Part shown: piece after piece, positions 43,622-52,084 of the stretch
Numbering within the stretch: position 1 is the first letter of the stretch
Layout: every line of letters begins with the position of its first letter
Virus record (IMG/VR): IMGVR_UViG_3300042402_007915
Location: 64,001-128,000 of that record
Origin: a virus
Length of the DNA stretch: 64,000 nucleotides
Strand: one strand, 5' to 3'
Program-made: the position numbers and the translations under genes
Notes under the pieces: generated by a model
What the model saw: only the letters and a program-made list of their open reading frames with translations
Databases searched by the model: none
Told to the model about the DNA's origin: nothing

Positions 43622-43960
43622 CTACCACCAATAGTCGAGACTGATTCGACCGTCTGAAATGGCATTGGCCTTAAAGATCTCATCAAGAATCTCTGGTAGC
43701 CATCGTTCGAAGAACGTAGCGTTGTCAGCTAAAGGTCTCTCTGCGAGAGAGGCAACTTCTACGGAAACAATTTGTCCGTTAGCAGTATCTTCAAAATAGT
43801 CCTCTCTCCACCTTAGGACCTCAGTCTCTGGGGGGCGGCTTGAGACGACTTTGTTCTTCTCAAGAAACTGCCTATAACACTCAACTAATTTCTTCTCGAA
43901 CTCCCAAATATCGTAAATAGTTTTAGGAGTCATCTTAAGGGCTTGGGGGTTTACTACCAT
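43622..43960 (-). CDS. Hypothetical protein (paralogue of next gene)
   Basis: MTPKTIYD..F...ANGQ...FFE..L..ILDEIFKAN...W. Confidence 0.65.
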   Translation of the reverse strand: MVVNPQALKMTPKTIYDIWEFEKKLVECYRQFLEKNKVVSSRPPETEVLRWREDYFEDTANGQIVSVEVASLAERPLADNATFFERWLPEILDEIFKANAISDGRISLDYWW

Positions 43961-44289
43961 GAGATCTGTACCTCGATGAACTTCGTTTTCAAATCATTTG
44001 CTTGGATAATCCTTTCCAAGAGAATACCAAGAGAAGATTCAAAATGATTTCGACGTTTCTTCTCAAACGGAAGATAGTCGTCAAAATTCTTTGGGTTAAA
44101 ACGCTGTAAAGCACCGTTCCCGACTTCTGCAAAAGCGTAATCAAGCCAAGCATGAACTCGTTCAATAGCTGCATCGTTATACTGTCGGCCTTCTTCAGCA
44201 CAAAGATCTTTATAAGCTACAAGCAAGACCTTAGAGAAGTCGCGGTAATCAAAATAAATACCAGGTGTCATTCGAAGTTGTTCAAACAT
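43954..44289 (-). CDS. Hypothetical protein (paralogue of previous gene)
   Basis: MTPGIYFD..DF...GNGA...HFE..L..LLERIIQAN...W. Confidence 0.65.
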   Translation of the reverse strand: MFEQLRMTPGIYFDYRDFSKVLLVAYKDLCAEEGRQYNDAAIERVHAWLDYAFAEVGNGALQRFNPKNFDDYLPFEKKRRNHFESSLGILLERIIQANDLKTKFIEVQISW

Positions 44290-44579
44290 TACTTGTGCTT
44301 AGTATTTTGGCGAGCTTGCTCCAGGGCCATCTGTGCTGTCAGTTGAGCTGAAAACCAGTTAGCGATGAAGGTAGCTTTTTCGACCATGTACATACTCTGA
44401 GGTACTTCAAGCTTTGGATCCATGGCCCTAATAGCTTCAATGCAACTATCCAAGAGAGAAAGCACTTGGTTGAGATGAGCAATAATGAGTGGGAATTCTG
44501 TATAGATCAAAGAATTAACGTCTGCCCAAGTGGTAGAACCCTCGGCGACCTCTTTTTGTACGTCTTGCTTAGTACTCAA
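44289..44579 (-). CDS. Hypothetical helical protein
   Basis: Coupled at both ends. Confidence 0.55.
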   Translation of the reverse strand: MSTKQDVQKEVAEGSTTWADVNSLIYTEFPLIIAHLNQVLSLLDSCIEAIRAMDPKLEVPQSMYMVEKATFIANWFSAQLTAQMALEQARQNTKHK

Positions 44580-44905
44580 AACATGTCCCTAATACTCAGC
44601 TCTGCTTGCAGTACGAACCTTGAAGCTTCAGCAGTTATGACGTCACTATCTTCCCAATCCTCAAGGTCTGCAGGGACATAAGCAATGAGTTCGTAATCTG
44701 TACCTTCATTCTCATAGCCGACAATTCGGACTCTACCCAGAGTAGGAATCTCAACGATCTGTCCAGCGATGCAATAGCGCCGCAGCTTCTCATACTTAAG
44801 CCTTTCTGCCTCAAGGCCCTTTTTGAATCCAACCCTATAGCCCCCGTAGCCGGCCGCCAAGCAACCAGCTACGAGGACAAGGGATACCACTAAGGCAGTA
44901 ATCAA
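44576..44905 (-). CDS. N-terminally membrane-anchored protein
   Basis: ITALVVSLVLVAGCLAAGYGGY then GFKKG..AER. Confidence 0.6.
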   Translation of the reverse strand: MITALVVSLVLVAGCLAAGYGGYRVGFKKGLEAERLKYEKLRRYCIAGQIVEIPTLGRVRIVGYENEGTDYELIAYVPADLEDWEDSDVITAEASRFVLQAELSIRDMF

Positions 44906-45585
44906 CGACGGCTTCCAGAGCGGTAACCGCTAGAACGAGAGCCGGAAGAACGAGAAGAGCCACTAGAGCGGTATCCGCTTGAACGAGAAGAGCTTGAAGG
45001 CGTAGTCGCACGAGGAGGAGGGCTACGATTGGTAGAAGGAGTTGAATAGTAGTTGTTTGAAGGAGCGCGCCGAACAGGCTTGGAGTTCCAAGAGGTGTTG
45101 GACTTGCCGCTAGTATAATCACGATGAACGGTATAGTCAGGAGAAGAGCGATAAGAGTGGTAGGAGGTATGGGAAGTGTGTCCAGCGGACATCACGGCCT
45201 GGTAAAGAAGAAGGTCACCAAGATCAATACCGCCGGTTTGAGCGCTTACCATAGTGCTACCACCAAGGTGCTGAGTGCTGGGAGCGAGGACCGAGTGGGC
45301 TCCACAGCCTTGCGTCCTGCAAAGAAGCTCACCGATTAGAATCTCTTCACCCTTCTTCTGGCCGTAAGAGCAAAGCTGCTCTGAGCTTCGGTCGTAGTAA
45401 GGAACGCAATACGGACCTGTATAGCTTGGAGTTTTGACTCCTTCAACAATAGTGGGCGGGAACATCTTGTCAAGGTAAGTAGTGGCAAGAACGTTTGCCT
45501 GCGGAGTAGTGAGAGTTGGTTGTGACTCAGCGCAACTCATAAGAGCTGCAAGGAGAAAAAGGAGGTAGAACTTGACTTGCGACAC
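44902..45585 (-). CDS. Putative lipoprotein with Ser/Arg/Gly-rich disordered tail
   Basis: GTG 45585 after GGAG; KFYLLFLLAALMS-C lipobox-like signal; SSRSSGYRSSGSSRSSGSRSSGYRSGSRR tail. Confidence 0.65.
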   Translation of the reverse strand: MSQVKFYLLFLLAALMSCAESQPTLTTPQANVLATTYLDKMFPPTIVEGVKTPSYTGPYCVPYYDRSSEQLCSYGQKKGEEILIGELLCRTQGCGAHSVLAPSTQHLGGSTMVSAQTGGIDLGDLLLYQAVMSAGHTSHTSYHSYRSSPDYTVHRDYTSGKSNTSWNSKPVRRAPSNNYYSTPSTNRSPPPRATTPSSSSRSSGYRSSGSSRSSGSRSSGYRSGSRR

Positions 45586-45616
45586 AGAGACTCCAAGTGA
45601 GAAAGAATACTGTTTC

Positions 45617-46240
45617 TTAGGTACGCTGAAGGACGTACTGATAGTTCTCGTGAGGATGATTGACGATTGATACTTTGGCTTTGGTTGGCTCCTGAATAAT
45701 CGGGACGCCGTAAAGACCAAGCTTATTCCAGAAAGGAGTCCAATAGCGTCGACTTGCAGGAAGGATTCCTACCTTTCGTTGACCGTTATAGAAATCAATT
45801 TCGCTAGTTACCCAGCCAGAGTTGATATAAAGGAGAACGATTGCTCTCCTTAAAAACTCGCTTGGAGATCTTGAAACTCGCTCTGAATTTCCAGCAGGAC
45901 ATTCACGTCCATTCCAGGCGCCGAATCCTTCAACTAAAGTTTTCAGCACCATATCTTCGTTTGGATCGTATTCATGATAAGTGATTAAGGGATCAATCAA
46001 CTCATTCTTGATAGACGGAAGTACGTGGTAACCTAAATACCCCTGCGTACAACGAGCAAAGAAGCTCTCCAGGTTCGCAGTGTAATTCACGCCTAACGAC
46101 CTGCGCCAACGCAAAAGAAACTTCTCAATAGTTTCGTCTTGAAATTCCTGGAAAGTTTGGCCGGAAAATGCCAAGGTCTTTGGGGAACCAGTTCCCCACG
46201 CCGTGCTCATCGGAAGAGTAAAGTTTAAGTTCAGGTTCAT
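45617..46240 (-). CDS. Hypothetical protein carrying a KLNL-W-like leader on an apparently different body
   Basis: ATG 46240 after GGAGG; MNLNLNFTLPMSTAW. Confidence 0.65.
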   Translation of the reverse strand: MNLNLNFTLPMSTAWGTGSPKTLAFSGQTFQEFQDETIEKFLLRWRRSLGVNYTANLESFFARCTQGYLGYHVLPSIKNELIDPLITYHEYDPNEDMVLKTLVEGFGAWNGRECPAGNSERVSRSPSEFLRRAIVLLYINSGWVTSEIDFYNGQRKVGILPASRRYWTPFWNKLGLYGVPIIQEPTKAKVSIVNHPHENYQYVLQRT

Positions 46241-46251
46241 TGTCCCTCCAT

Positions 46252-46288
46252 CAAAAGAACAGGGGAGAGGGTTACCCCTCTCCCCTGT
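46252..46288 (-). terminator. Intrinsic terminator, 13-bp stem with GUAA (GNRA) loop
   Basis: Minus strand ACAGGGGAGAGGG-GTAA-CCCTCTCCCCTGT-TCTTTT, 18 nt after the stop at 46307. Confidence 0.85.
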
Positions 46289-46306
46289 CATGATCCAACT
46301 TTTAGA

Positions 46307-46828
46307 TCAGGTCCTAGTTCCATACTGCCCGTAAGCAGCAGGGTCTGGCGTAATCGTATAAGATGGTTCCCAGTTCTCCGACGTGTCATCGAAAGACTTA
46401 GTCGTATCTACATACGCATACACTCCAGTCACATCTGCATGCAAGGCTACCGAGTTTGGGTTCTTGGTTAGAGCCTTAGTCAGCAGCGAAGCCAAATACA
46501 TCTTACGGTCTGGATGTACATCCCAAGCAGGTGCTCCACTTGGATGACGTTCAAACCTCTCGACCTGAATACGCTGGTACTTGGAGAGATCAACCTCACG
46601 AGTAAAGGAGAACCTAAACTCAGTAAAGCGAGGAAGCTTCCTAGTATAGACGTAGAAGACCTCGGTAAGACGATCGACAGTATCTACAGTCTTCCTGAAC
46701 GTAGCACCTCCTGGTATAAGATACCTGATGGGCCTAAAGTTCTGGGGATTAGTAGCCTTGACAATCGCTTCCTGATCCGTTGCCCTGCGGCTGGCCAGAA
46801 CCTCAGCTTTTGTTTTCTCAATAGACAT
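46307..46828 (-). CDS. Hypothetical protein
   Basis: ATG 46828 after strong GGAGGAG; followed by a terminator. Confidence 0.7.
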   Translation of the reverse strand: MSIEKTKAEVLASRRATDQEAIVKATNPQNFRPIRYLIPGGATFRKTVDTVDRLTEVFYVYTRKLPRFTEFRFSFTREVDLSKYQRIQVERFERHPSGAPAWDVHPDRKMYLASLLTKALTKNPNSVALHADVTGVYAYVDTTKSFDDTSENWEPSYTITPDPAAYGQYGTRT

Positions 46829-46895
46829 GAACAATCTCCTCCGGGAAGCGACCAGCGCTTGCCTGTTTTGCAGTGTAGAACAAGATGACTTATTT

Positions 46896-47531
46896 TCAAA
46901 GCCCCTTGAGACGTTCTCTCAATCTTCTTAAATAGAGCCTTTTCTTCCTCCCGGCATCTACTGGGTAGGTGTGAAGTAGCTCTGCTAATTCTGTTTCTGA
47001 CATTTCAGAAGAATAGATGTCCTCCCAGTATCCGATTGGAAACATGGTCGGCTCAATTGGAAGAGTTACTTCTTCTTCCGTATTATTTTGCGTGTACTTT
47101 CTAGGGTGTACACGTTGTTTTCGTAGTAGGTCCTTGAGAGACAAAATAAAAAGCCTGGAAAGAAGGAAGGCGACTTTATGCGGCCTTATCTTTTTCCAGA
47201 ATACAAGTTGGGACCGAAAGAGTTCGGCCAATATCACACAAAGCTCCTGGTATAAATCAGAACCAGGAAGACTACTTAAGGAACGCAAGCGGCGCAAGCC
47301 GTCAGGAAAGCTCCGGAAATAAGACAGGAGCAAGCAGATGTACGGGTCTTCTCCAGAAAAGGACTTGATGCGCGAAACCCAACCCTGCAAAAACCCCTCA
47401 CAAATATGAAACAATACTGACAGGTTATGGGACTTGTCCCGAGAGGCGGCAACCCACTCTTCCCGCAAGAGGCTATGCACCTCTACGGGAAGAAGGGAGC
47501 CAACAGTCTTGTGCAGCCGCAAGACTCTCAT
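46896..47531 (-). CDS. Divergent sigma-70 family (region 2 + region 4) transcription factor
   Basis: SDLYQELCVIL.E...LKDLLRK resembles region 2; MSETELAELL...KKRLYLRRLRERL resembles the region 4.2 HTH. Confidence 0.6.
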   Translation of the reverse strand: MRVLRLHKTVGSLLPVEVHSLLREEWVAASRDKSHNLSVLFHICEGFLQGWVSRIKSFSGEDPYICLLLSYFRSFPDGLRRLRSLSSLPGSDLYQELCVILAELFRSQLVFWKKIRPHKVAFLLSRLFILSLKDLLRKQRVHPRKYTQNNTEEEVTLPIEPTMFPIGYWEDIYSSEMSETELAELLHTYPVDAGRKKRLYLRRLRERLKGL

Positions 47532-47533
47532 GA

Positions 47534-47914
47534 CTAATCTTTGTAGTTTAAGGCGGCCCAGTCTTCAAGCGTCATCTTTTGGGCAAGCTTAAGCCAATCC
47601 TTTAGTCTCATGGTCACAAGCACATCGTCTCGATCATCCTGCGTTACGACAACAGGGATACGGTTCTCCTTAGAGGCCTTGATATCTTCGTGTGCTTGGA
47701 ATAAAGCCCCCTTGATATTGGTTCGCTTTCCCTTCTTGCATTCTATGTGTAAGCGAGGGATGTCGGGAGAGACAACATCCGAAGTTTCAGCACCACCTGA
47801 TCTAGTCTGGTGTAGTCCTCTTCGGAACTGAACCCCAAGTGCTTCAGATAGAATGATAGCAATAGCACGCTCAAAGTTATGACCTTTGCGTCGAACACCT
47901 GCGCCTCCTGGCAT
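47534..47914 (-). CDS. Holliday junction resolvase (Hjc-like PD-(D/E)XK)
   Basis: RRKGHNFERAIA...SDV...HIECK. Confidence 0.8.
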   Translation of the reverse strand: MPGGAGVRRKGHNFERAIAIILSEALGVQFRRGLHQTRSGGAETSDVVSPDIPRLHIECKKGKRTNIKGALFQAHEDIKASKENRIPVVVTQDDRDDVLVTMRLKDWLKLAQKMTLEDWAALNYKD

Positions 47915-47923
47915 ATCTTCCTC

Positions 47924-48673
47924 TCAGTCCTTAAGGATTTCGGGTTTGCATTCCGTGAGAGCCGCAATAACCAAGTCTTCAATCTTGGCAAAATTCTTCT
48001 TAGGGGCGGGCTCAATAATCTCGTCAATGAGGCCAAACTTAAGTGCCTCCTTGGTTGTCATGGAGAAGTCAATGTTGTTCTCGAAATACTTCTTGAACTT
48101 CTTCTTTGACATCCCAGAGCGTTGAATAACAAGCTTCTTCAACCGCTTGGCAGTAAGCTGATACTGCCTGTAGTTAGTAGCTGCCTGGATCGGGTTGACT
48201 GTCATATTCATTGAAATGGCCTCATGCCAGAACAGTCTTGTGTTTGGGTATGCAAGACGGCAGTTGCCAGCCTGGAGGATAAGGAAGCCCGCAGATGCAC
48301 AGTCGCCCATTGCAATAGTTACAATCGGGCAAGGAGAAGATACTAGCGTGTCGTAAATAGCAAAGAATGCAGTTACGTCTCCGCCTCCCGAATTGACATA
48401 AACGTAGATCGGAAGAGTATCACTGTCCTGCTGTAGAGACCAAATCTGGGTACAAATAGCTGCGGCCAGTTGCTCGTTGAACTCTCCAGTAATCAGAACA
48501 GATCGACTTTCTCTTCCAAGGCCGACTACTGAGTTCGGCGTCCAATCCTCAGGGGCCGAAATACCTGTGATCATACCAGACTCGCTACCCTCTAGAAGCT
48601 CGGTATCTGAACCCTCATCATTTTCCGGGTCACAATCCATATTGACTTTCGTCAGAGGCCTAAAAGTTGTCAT
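47924..48673 (-). CDS. clpP: ClpP-family serine protease
   Basis: YVNSGGGDV, GDCASAG (Ser), WHE (His), IDFSMTTKEALKFGLIDEI (Asp). Confidence 0.9.
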   Translation of the reverse strand: MTTFRPLTKVNMDCDPENDEGSDTELLEGSESGMITGISAPEDWTPNSVVGLGRESRSVLITGEFNEQLAAAICTQIWSLQQDSDTLPIYVYVNSGGGDVTAFFAIYDTLVSSPCPIVTIAMGDCASAGFLILQAGNCRLAYPNTRLFWHEAISMNMTVNPIQAATNYRQYQLTAKRLKKLVIQRSGMSKKKFKKYFENNIDFSMTTKEALKFGLIDEIIEPAPKKNFAKIEDLVIAALTECKPEILKD

Positions 48674-49137
48674 GCTTTCTTCTCCATCAGCTCAAGGATC
48701 CGAGCGTAAGTAATGCTGTTTCTTTCACTATAAGGTATTTCAAGGAAACAGAAACCCTTGTCCAATGCTGCTCTCTTCTTCAAAGCGTCTCTCTTCTGAC
48801 CCAAAAGGTACTGACGCTCCGCCTCGTCGTATTGGACATTACCCCTATTGGTAAACTTATAGTGTTGATCTCCGTGGCACTCTATAATGACACCAAGACC
48901 TTCAATGATAAAATCGTACCTATGATTGTGGTACGGATATTCTGGGTCGACGTATCTAACATCTACCTCTTGGTAAATACCTAGAGAAGCAATAGGAGAG
49001 GCAAGAAGAACCTCCCTAACCTTCTCGTGGAATAAAGATTGGTTTGGCAAGGTCTTCGCTATCGGAGTAAGAGAAGTCCGCTTAACTGGGTCCCGCAAGT
49101 TTGCCCGCCTTGAACTCTGTGAGGGCGAGGTATCCAC
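48670..49137 (-). CDS. DUF559/Vsr-like PD-(D/E)XK endonuclease
   Basis: RYDFII...IIECHGDQHY...RDALKK...GFCFLEIPY; start uncertain. Confidence 0.75.
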   Translation of the reverse strand: MDTSPSQSSRRANLRDPVKRTSLTPIAKTLPNQSLFHEKVREVLLASPIASLGIYQEVDVRYVDPEYPYHNHRYDFIIEGLGVIIECHGDQHYKFTNRGNVQYDEAERQYLLGQKRDALKKRAALDKGFCFLEIPYSERNSITYARILELMEKKA

Positions 49138-49393
49138 GATCCCTCAAGAAGTTGTAGAGATCCTGCCACTCGGCATCGTCTTCAATACGAACGAAGACGG
49201 TTTCAGAGTGAACATCGATCTGTTCGATGTAGGCCTTGTCTCTTCGATGGGCGTGGACAAAAGCAACATACTCCTTGAAGCCTCTGCGTACCGTGGCGAG
49301 ATGAAGCCACGGTCCCCCTGCAAAGATCTTGGGGTTTAAGAGTTGGCGCACATCATTGATGACAATGAAATCTGTACCAAATGAACGGCTCAT
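49082..49393 (-). CDS. Hypothetical protein
   Basis: 103-aa ORF with GGAGG RBS. Confidence 0.65.
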   Translation of the reverse strand: MSRSFGTDFIVINDVRQLLNPKIFAGGPWLHLATVRRGFKEYVAFVHAHRRDKAYIEQIDVHSETVFVRIEDDAEWQDLYNFLRDRGYLALTEFKAGKLAGPS

Positions 49394-49396
49394 AAC

Positions 49397-49999
49397 TTAC
49401 CTCCGGGCTCTGTCGCCTGCGGTCCTATATGTTTTCAAAGCAAAGTTCATACAACAATCCTTATAAGTTTTGTTAAACCAGTCAGCGAACCGATTAGCTT
49501 CTTCATCTAAATGCAAGGTGTTGTGAAGATAACTACGATACAACGTTGCAAAGACATCTATGGCCACTAAGGCCATGCCCCAAAAACTGGAAGACAAAAT
49601 AGGCTTCAGTACAAAGTCTTGCTTATAGAACTCACCGTCCACAACACTCCAGGCTCTGAGAATTGCATGCACTTCTTTAGAGTCTTCAGGAGTCTTGTCC
49701 TTAAGGCGATCAAGCTCTGGATCGTTAAAATACGCTCGGATAGACAACTCTCCGCCTTCCGAAATTGCATCGGCAACAGTAGTTCGCTTATAGACTTCTG
49801 AATCGGTCCGTAAGAAGAGACAAGGGTGCTCCTCCAAGATCTTTGGATTCTTGTACACCCTAATGAGACCGTCTAAGAGTTCTTGATCTGCTAGCGGATA
49901 GAGGCTTAGGCAATCCTCTTCTGTCATCGAAGGAAGTTCGTAACGGAATTCGGAGCTACCAATCTTCAATCTTACATTCGGCCATATTTTTGACGACAC
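49397..49999 (-). CDS. Hypothetical protein
   Basis: 200-aa ORF with GAGGTG RBS. Confidence 0.65.
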   Translation of the reverse strand: MSSKIWPNVRLKIGSSEFRYELPSMTEEDCLSLYPLADQELLDGLIRVYKNPKILEEHPCLFLRTDSEVYKRTTVADAISEGGELSIRAYFNDPELDRLKDKTPEDSKEVHAILRAWSVVDGEFYKQDFVLKPILSSSFWGMALVAIDVFATLYRSYLHNTLHLDEEANRFADWFNKTYKDCCMNFALKTYRTAGDRARR

Positions 50000-50002
50000 T
50001 AT

Positions 50003-50737
50003 TCACCTCGTTGGGTAGCAGGTTTGTTTGAATGGACATGAAAGCTGGCAAGGGTTTAGGGGGAAATGAACTCCAGCTCGTATCCCACGAACAAGATTCG
50101 CAAGAACGGCCTTCACTTCTTGGTTCACTTCTTTGTCTCCTACAACCCGTGAGACAATCTTGCCAAACTTATCAAAGCCAAAGACAAATACTGAAGCTGT
50201 ATTCCGTGCAAAGTGTTTCTGTCCGTACTGAGACAGAAGCATTGTCAAGTAGTAAGGTATTAAATCATTAAGCATTGAATGCTCTACCGTGAAGGGAGAG
50301 AAGTAAACGCCGATTAATTCCTTGCTATTTGCTTTACGAAAGATGGCCGATGTTGTCAGCTCGAGAACAGTACCTTCCACTGTGAACCTAAAAGTGTACG
50401 GCCCCGCAATGGGGATATACATAGCAGGACTCACAAGTGCGTAGAAGTCGTTCAGAGCGAACGTCGACTTAGTCTGTAGATCAATCTGCTCTCCCTCAAG
50501 GAGATGCTTGTATACGCCTTGAGAGCGCATTGAAGACTTGAGGTAGGGAATGAAGTTCTGCCTCGGGTTCTCAATATCAAGAAGAAGAGCATCGCAGACC
50601 ATACGCTCTACAGTCTCTTTGACTAAAGAGGTGACAACAGGGTACTCAGCCTTACCACCGTAATGGTAAAACTGAGTACACCTGCTGTATGCGCGCAAGT
50701 CTTCTTCATTCAGAATTCTGCCCGCAGTTTCTTTCAC
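50003..50737 (-). CDS. AddB/Cas4-like fold protein, catalytic residues apparently lost
   Basis: LRAYSRC..FYHY near the N-terminus and CQLSCPFKQTC at the C-terminus; no D..(D/E)xK motif seen. Confidence 0.55.
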   Translation of the reverse strand: MKETAGRILNEEDLRAYSRCTQFYHYGGKAEYPVVTSLVKETVERMVCDALLLDIENPRQNFIPYLKSSMRSQGVYKHLLEGEQIDLQTKSTFALNDFYALVSPAMYIPIAGPYTFRFTVEGTVLELTTSAIFRKANSKELIGVYFSPFTVEHSMLNDLIPYYLTMLLSQYGQKHFARNTASVFVFGFDKFGKIVSRVVGDKEVNQEVKAVLANLVRGIRAGVHFPLNPCQLSCPFKQTCYPTR

Positions 50738-50919
50738 TCCATCATTCTCCAGGTAGACCAGCTACCGTGGACAGGATGTGGCTTTACAAAGACAGTCTTC
50801 ATGTCTTGAGAACAAGCAGAGCATTTAGGTGTAGTGCCTCGCTTGATGTAAAGCTCAATAGTTTTGCCATGTTCAGGGCAGGACTCATTCTTGCAGGTAT
50901 AGTCTTGAAGGATCTTCAT
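50734..50919 (-). CDS. FmdB-like zinc-ribbon protein
   Basis: DYTCKNESC...PKCSACSQDM..VF. Confidence 0.7.
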   Translation of the reverse strand: MKILQDYTCKNESCPEHGKTIELYIKRGTTPKCSACSQDMKTVFVKPHPVHGSWSTWRMME

Positions 50920-51212
50920 TACCAGACCTTGTTGGTACCGGCGACTGCCTGCTTTGCTTCGTATGCCTTCTTTACCATAGCGGTTAGGAACTTCAGCTCA
51001 ACAGTAGCGCCTCGTTCGTTTGCTTGCTTCAAAGAAATGATCTCATAAGGACAGGTGTTCTTATTGAGTTCATACCGGAAAGCACCCTGGGCATGAAGAA
51101 TAGTTACAAGCTTATCAATGCTCTTAGGATTGGGTCCCGATTCCAAGAGGTAAAACATCTTGGTCTCAGGAATATAGACGCCCTGTTGAGCTACGTCATT
51201 TGGATGTGTCAT
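50919..51212 (-). CDS. Hypothetical protein
   Basis: 97 aa, GAGGAG RBS. Confidence 0.6.
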   Translation of the reverse strand: MTHPNDVAQQGVYIPETKMFYLLESGPNPKSIDKLVTILHAQGAFRYELNKNTCPYEIISLKQANERGATVELKFLTAMVKKAYEAKQAVAGTNKVW

Positions 51213-51223
51213 TCAATAACTCC

Positions 51224-52084
51224 TCACTTGCTGTCTTTCTGAACAATTGTTCTTAGCTTCTGTAAGAATTCAGCTCGTTCACTTGTACTCATTGAAGAAT
51301 CGAATATCAAGTCTCGGCTCTCTTTGTCTGGCGGCATATTCTCAAGAGCACCCACAAAGACACCAAGATTGCTAAGAGTCGTCATCTCTTTGGCCGTAAA
51401 GGTAATTGCGTTGAGCTGATAGTCCAAGAAGTCTTGGGCAATAATGGGCCAGTGTTCTTTAATGATTTCAAATACAGCCTGTGCATAGAGACGAATCTCT
51501 AGCTGTGCATGCTCATCTAAACGAGCCTTGAGGAATAAAAGCCAGTCGCCAAGATTGGCTTTAACAAAGAACGTAATGTACTGACCGACAGAAGTAACTG
51601 ATCGGGCTTGTTCTCTGCAGACCCCAAGCTCCAAGAGCCTGTTGTAAGCAGAGCGGCAATCCATTTCCGAAGTAGCATGAAGGTACTCGGCCTCCTCATA
51701 CTTCTCTTCCTCAAGGGAACCGGAACCAACCTGCTTGTTAGCACCAGATCCTTGCGAACGGAAACCACCAGTGTCTTGAGGAACCCAAAAGTCCTCACTC
51801 AGTACTGAATAGCGGGCGGACTCAACATTGAAAATAAAACGGTCATGCCGAACCCACTGATTGAACACAAACATTGGGGCACGAACCTGGAGCTTAAGCT
51901 CACACATGCCAAACGGAGAGAAGTGCTTGTGCCTATGAAGGTAGGATAGGAGACCCCTATCTTCATTTACCGTCTTAGTGCCTCCTTGGTAGGAGGCCCT
52001 TGCTGCCTGTGCAACTGCACTATCGTTTCCCATGTGATCAATACGCCTAACAAAACCCTTACCAATATTGTATTCATTCATCAC
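51224..52084 (-). CDS. thyX: FAD-dependent thymidylate synthase
   Basis: AARASY, HFSPF, QWVRH..FNVESARY, REQARSV, RLDEHAQLEIR. Confidence 0.93.
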   Translation of the reverse strand: MMNEYNIGKGFVRRIDHMGNDSAVAQAARASYQGGTKTVNEDRGLLSYLHRHKHFSPFGMCELKLQVRAPMFVFNQWVRHDRFIFNVESARYSVLSEDFWVPQDTGGFRSQGSGANKQVGSGSLEEEKYEEAEYLHATSEMDCRSAYNRLLELGVCREQARSVTSVGQYITFFVKANLGDWLLFLKARLDEHAQLEIRLYAQAVFEIIKEHWPIIAQDFLDYQLNAITFTAKEMTTLSNLGVFVGALENMPPDKESRDLIFDSSMSTSERAEFLQKLRTIVQKDSK

